A stretch of 64,000 nucleotides of DNA, taken from the NCBI GenBank assembly GCA_965224215.1, contig CBDCYS010000078.1, positions 4,884-68,883 of the forward strand. Reading direction: 5' to 3'. Each line of letters starts with the position of its first letter. Position 1 is the stretch's first letter. The DNA comes from Bryobacterales bacterium. GTDB lineage: Bacteria; Acidobacteriota; Terriglobia; Bryobacterales; UBA6623. Below the pieces are notes generated by a model that saw only the letters and a program-made list of their open reading frames with translations, was not told the origin of the DNA and ran no database searches. A program made the translations under genes and the position numbers. Below, in pieces: positions 62,998-64,000 of this stretch.

Positions 62998-63002
62998 TGA
63001 CA

Positions 63003-63256
63003 TCAAGCGCTGGCTGCTGGGCACCCATCAGGGCGCCGTGCGCCACAAACATCTGGACTACTACCTGGACGAGTTCACCTTCCGTTTCAACCGCCGCAAA
63101 TCCAAAAGCCGCGGCAAACTCTTCTATCGGTTCGTCCAGCAGGCGGTAGCCGTGGATCCGGCGACTTACAAGATGATTGTTCACCCGGTTACAGAACCCA
63201 AGAAAATCCCCAAACCACAAGATATTGGGGCTACCTGAGTCAACCGGATACCCATC
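63003..63256 (+). mobile_element. IS1595 right-end fragment
   Basis: KRWLLGTHQG...DIGAT followed by TIR ...CCGGATACCCATC. Confidence 0.85.
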
Positions 63257-63452
63257 TAAAAGAACTTACGCATTTCTTCGAAGCCTCCAACAAGGCGCGA
63301 AGAGTAGACAGTTAGCGTATAAAGTAGTCGCAAATAGGCAAGAAACCCGCCGAAAACGGAACACTTTGCGCCAATAGCCGAGATCAGTCAAGCAGAGAAG
63401 CTTCAAGCCGTCGCTCAGCAACGGCAGGTAAGGTATGGCAGCCTCTTCCTGC

Positions 63453-64000
63453 TTAGAAAGGCGCCTCGTCGGGCTCTCCGTATTGGCCCGGGTCCTCGTG
63501 CTGGCCCGGATCCTCGGCCAGGTTTTCGAACTTGACGTACTTGTGGAGAAAGGCGAGTTTGATCCGCCCAGTTGGGCCGTTGCGCTGCTTGGAGATGATC
63601 AGTTCGGCGATGCCGTGAAGGTCTTCCCGATCCGGTTTATAGACTTCTTCGCGGAAGATGAAGCCAACCAAGTCGGCGTCTTGCTCGATCGAGCCGCTCT
63701 CGCGCAGGTCGCTGAGCTGCGGGCGATGGTCGCCGGGACGCGTCTCGGGCGCGCGGCTCAACTGCGACAGAGCAATCACTGGCAGATGGAGGTCCTTCGC
63801 CATCAGCTTGAGGCCGCGAGAAAGGGCGGAGATCTCCTGGTTGCGGTTCTCGACGCGCCCTTTCGAGGACATCAATTGCATGTAGTCGACGACCACGAGC
63901 GCGAGGCCGTGTTCCGCTTTCAAGCGCCGGCACTTGGCACTGATGTCCATCATATTCGTGCCGGCCGAATCGTCGATATAGAGCTTGGCGTCAACCAGTT
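63453..64000 (-). CDS. dnaB: Replicative DNA helicase, C-terminal part (continues beyond window)
   Basis: [38 protein letters not shown]. Confidence 0.97.
   Translation of the reverse strand, partial: LVDAKLYIDDSAGTNMMDISAKCRRLKAEHGLALVVVDYMQLMSSKGRVENRNQEISALSRGLKLMAKDLHLPVIALSQLSRAPETRPGDHRPQLSDLRESGSIEQDADLVGFIFREEVYKPDREDLHGIAELIISKQRNGPTGRIKLAFLHKYVKFENLAEDPGQHEDPGQYGEPDEAPF

Noticed and set aside
63257-64000. Replication origin or att site beside dnaB
   Set aside because: No DnaA-box cluster, DUE or recognisable att core; the region is only moderately AT-rich.

Overview
GC-rich bacterial chromosome segment. It is most likely Acidobacteriota (Bryobacterales/Solibacter-like), inferred from a TIGR03437-like C-terminal domain, DUF1549/DUF1553 plus DUF1501 genes and the REP-like motifs. 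A housekeeping core (tpiA, secG, nusB, ribH, tRNA-Pro, aroB, ubiE/menG, 3' end of dnaB) is interleaved with secreted repeat and heme proteins: TPR, NHL, ankyrin, three PSD1/DUF1553 proteins, a RoxA-like di-heme cytochrome and a catalase-fold protein. IS load is heavy: 2 IS1182, 2 full-length IS1380 plus a diverged IS1380 MITE, 3 IS1595 remnants and 2 different IS110 elements, several nested. About ten reading frames are broken by frameshifts, nonsense codons, deletions or IS insertion, and short tandem duplications occur at many gene boundaries, which together look like ongoing genome erosion (some single-base indels may be sequencing errors). No CRISPR array, rRNA or prophage was seen. Best leads: the non-coding ends of the two IS110 elements (candidate bridge/seek RNAs), a 1159-aa NHL protein with nested repeated domains, a lipoprotein-CmcI fusion, a stand-alone catalase-fold protein, two candidate structured RNAs/palindromic elements, and an inverted IS1595 end pair around IS1380.
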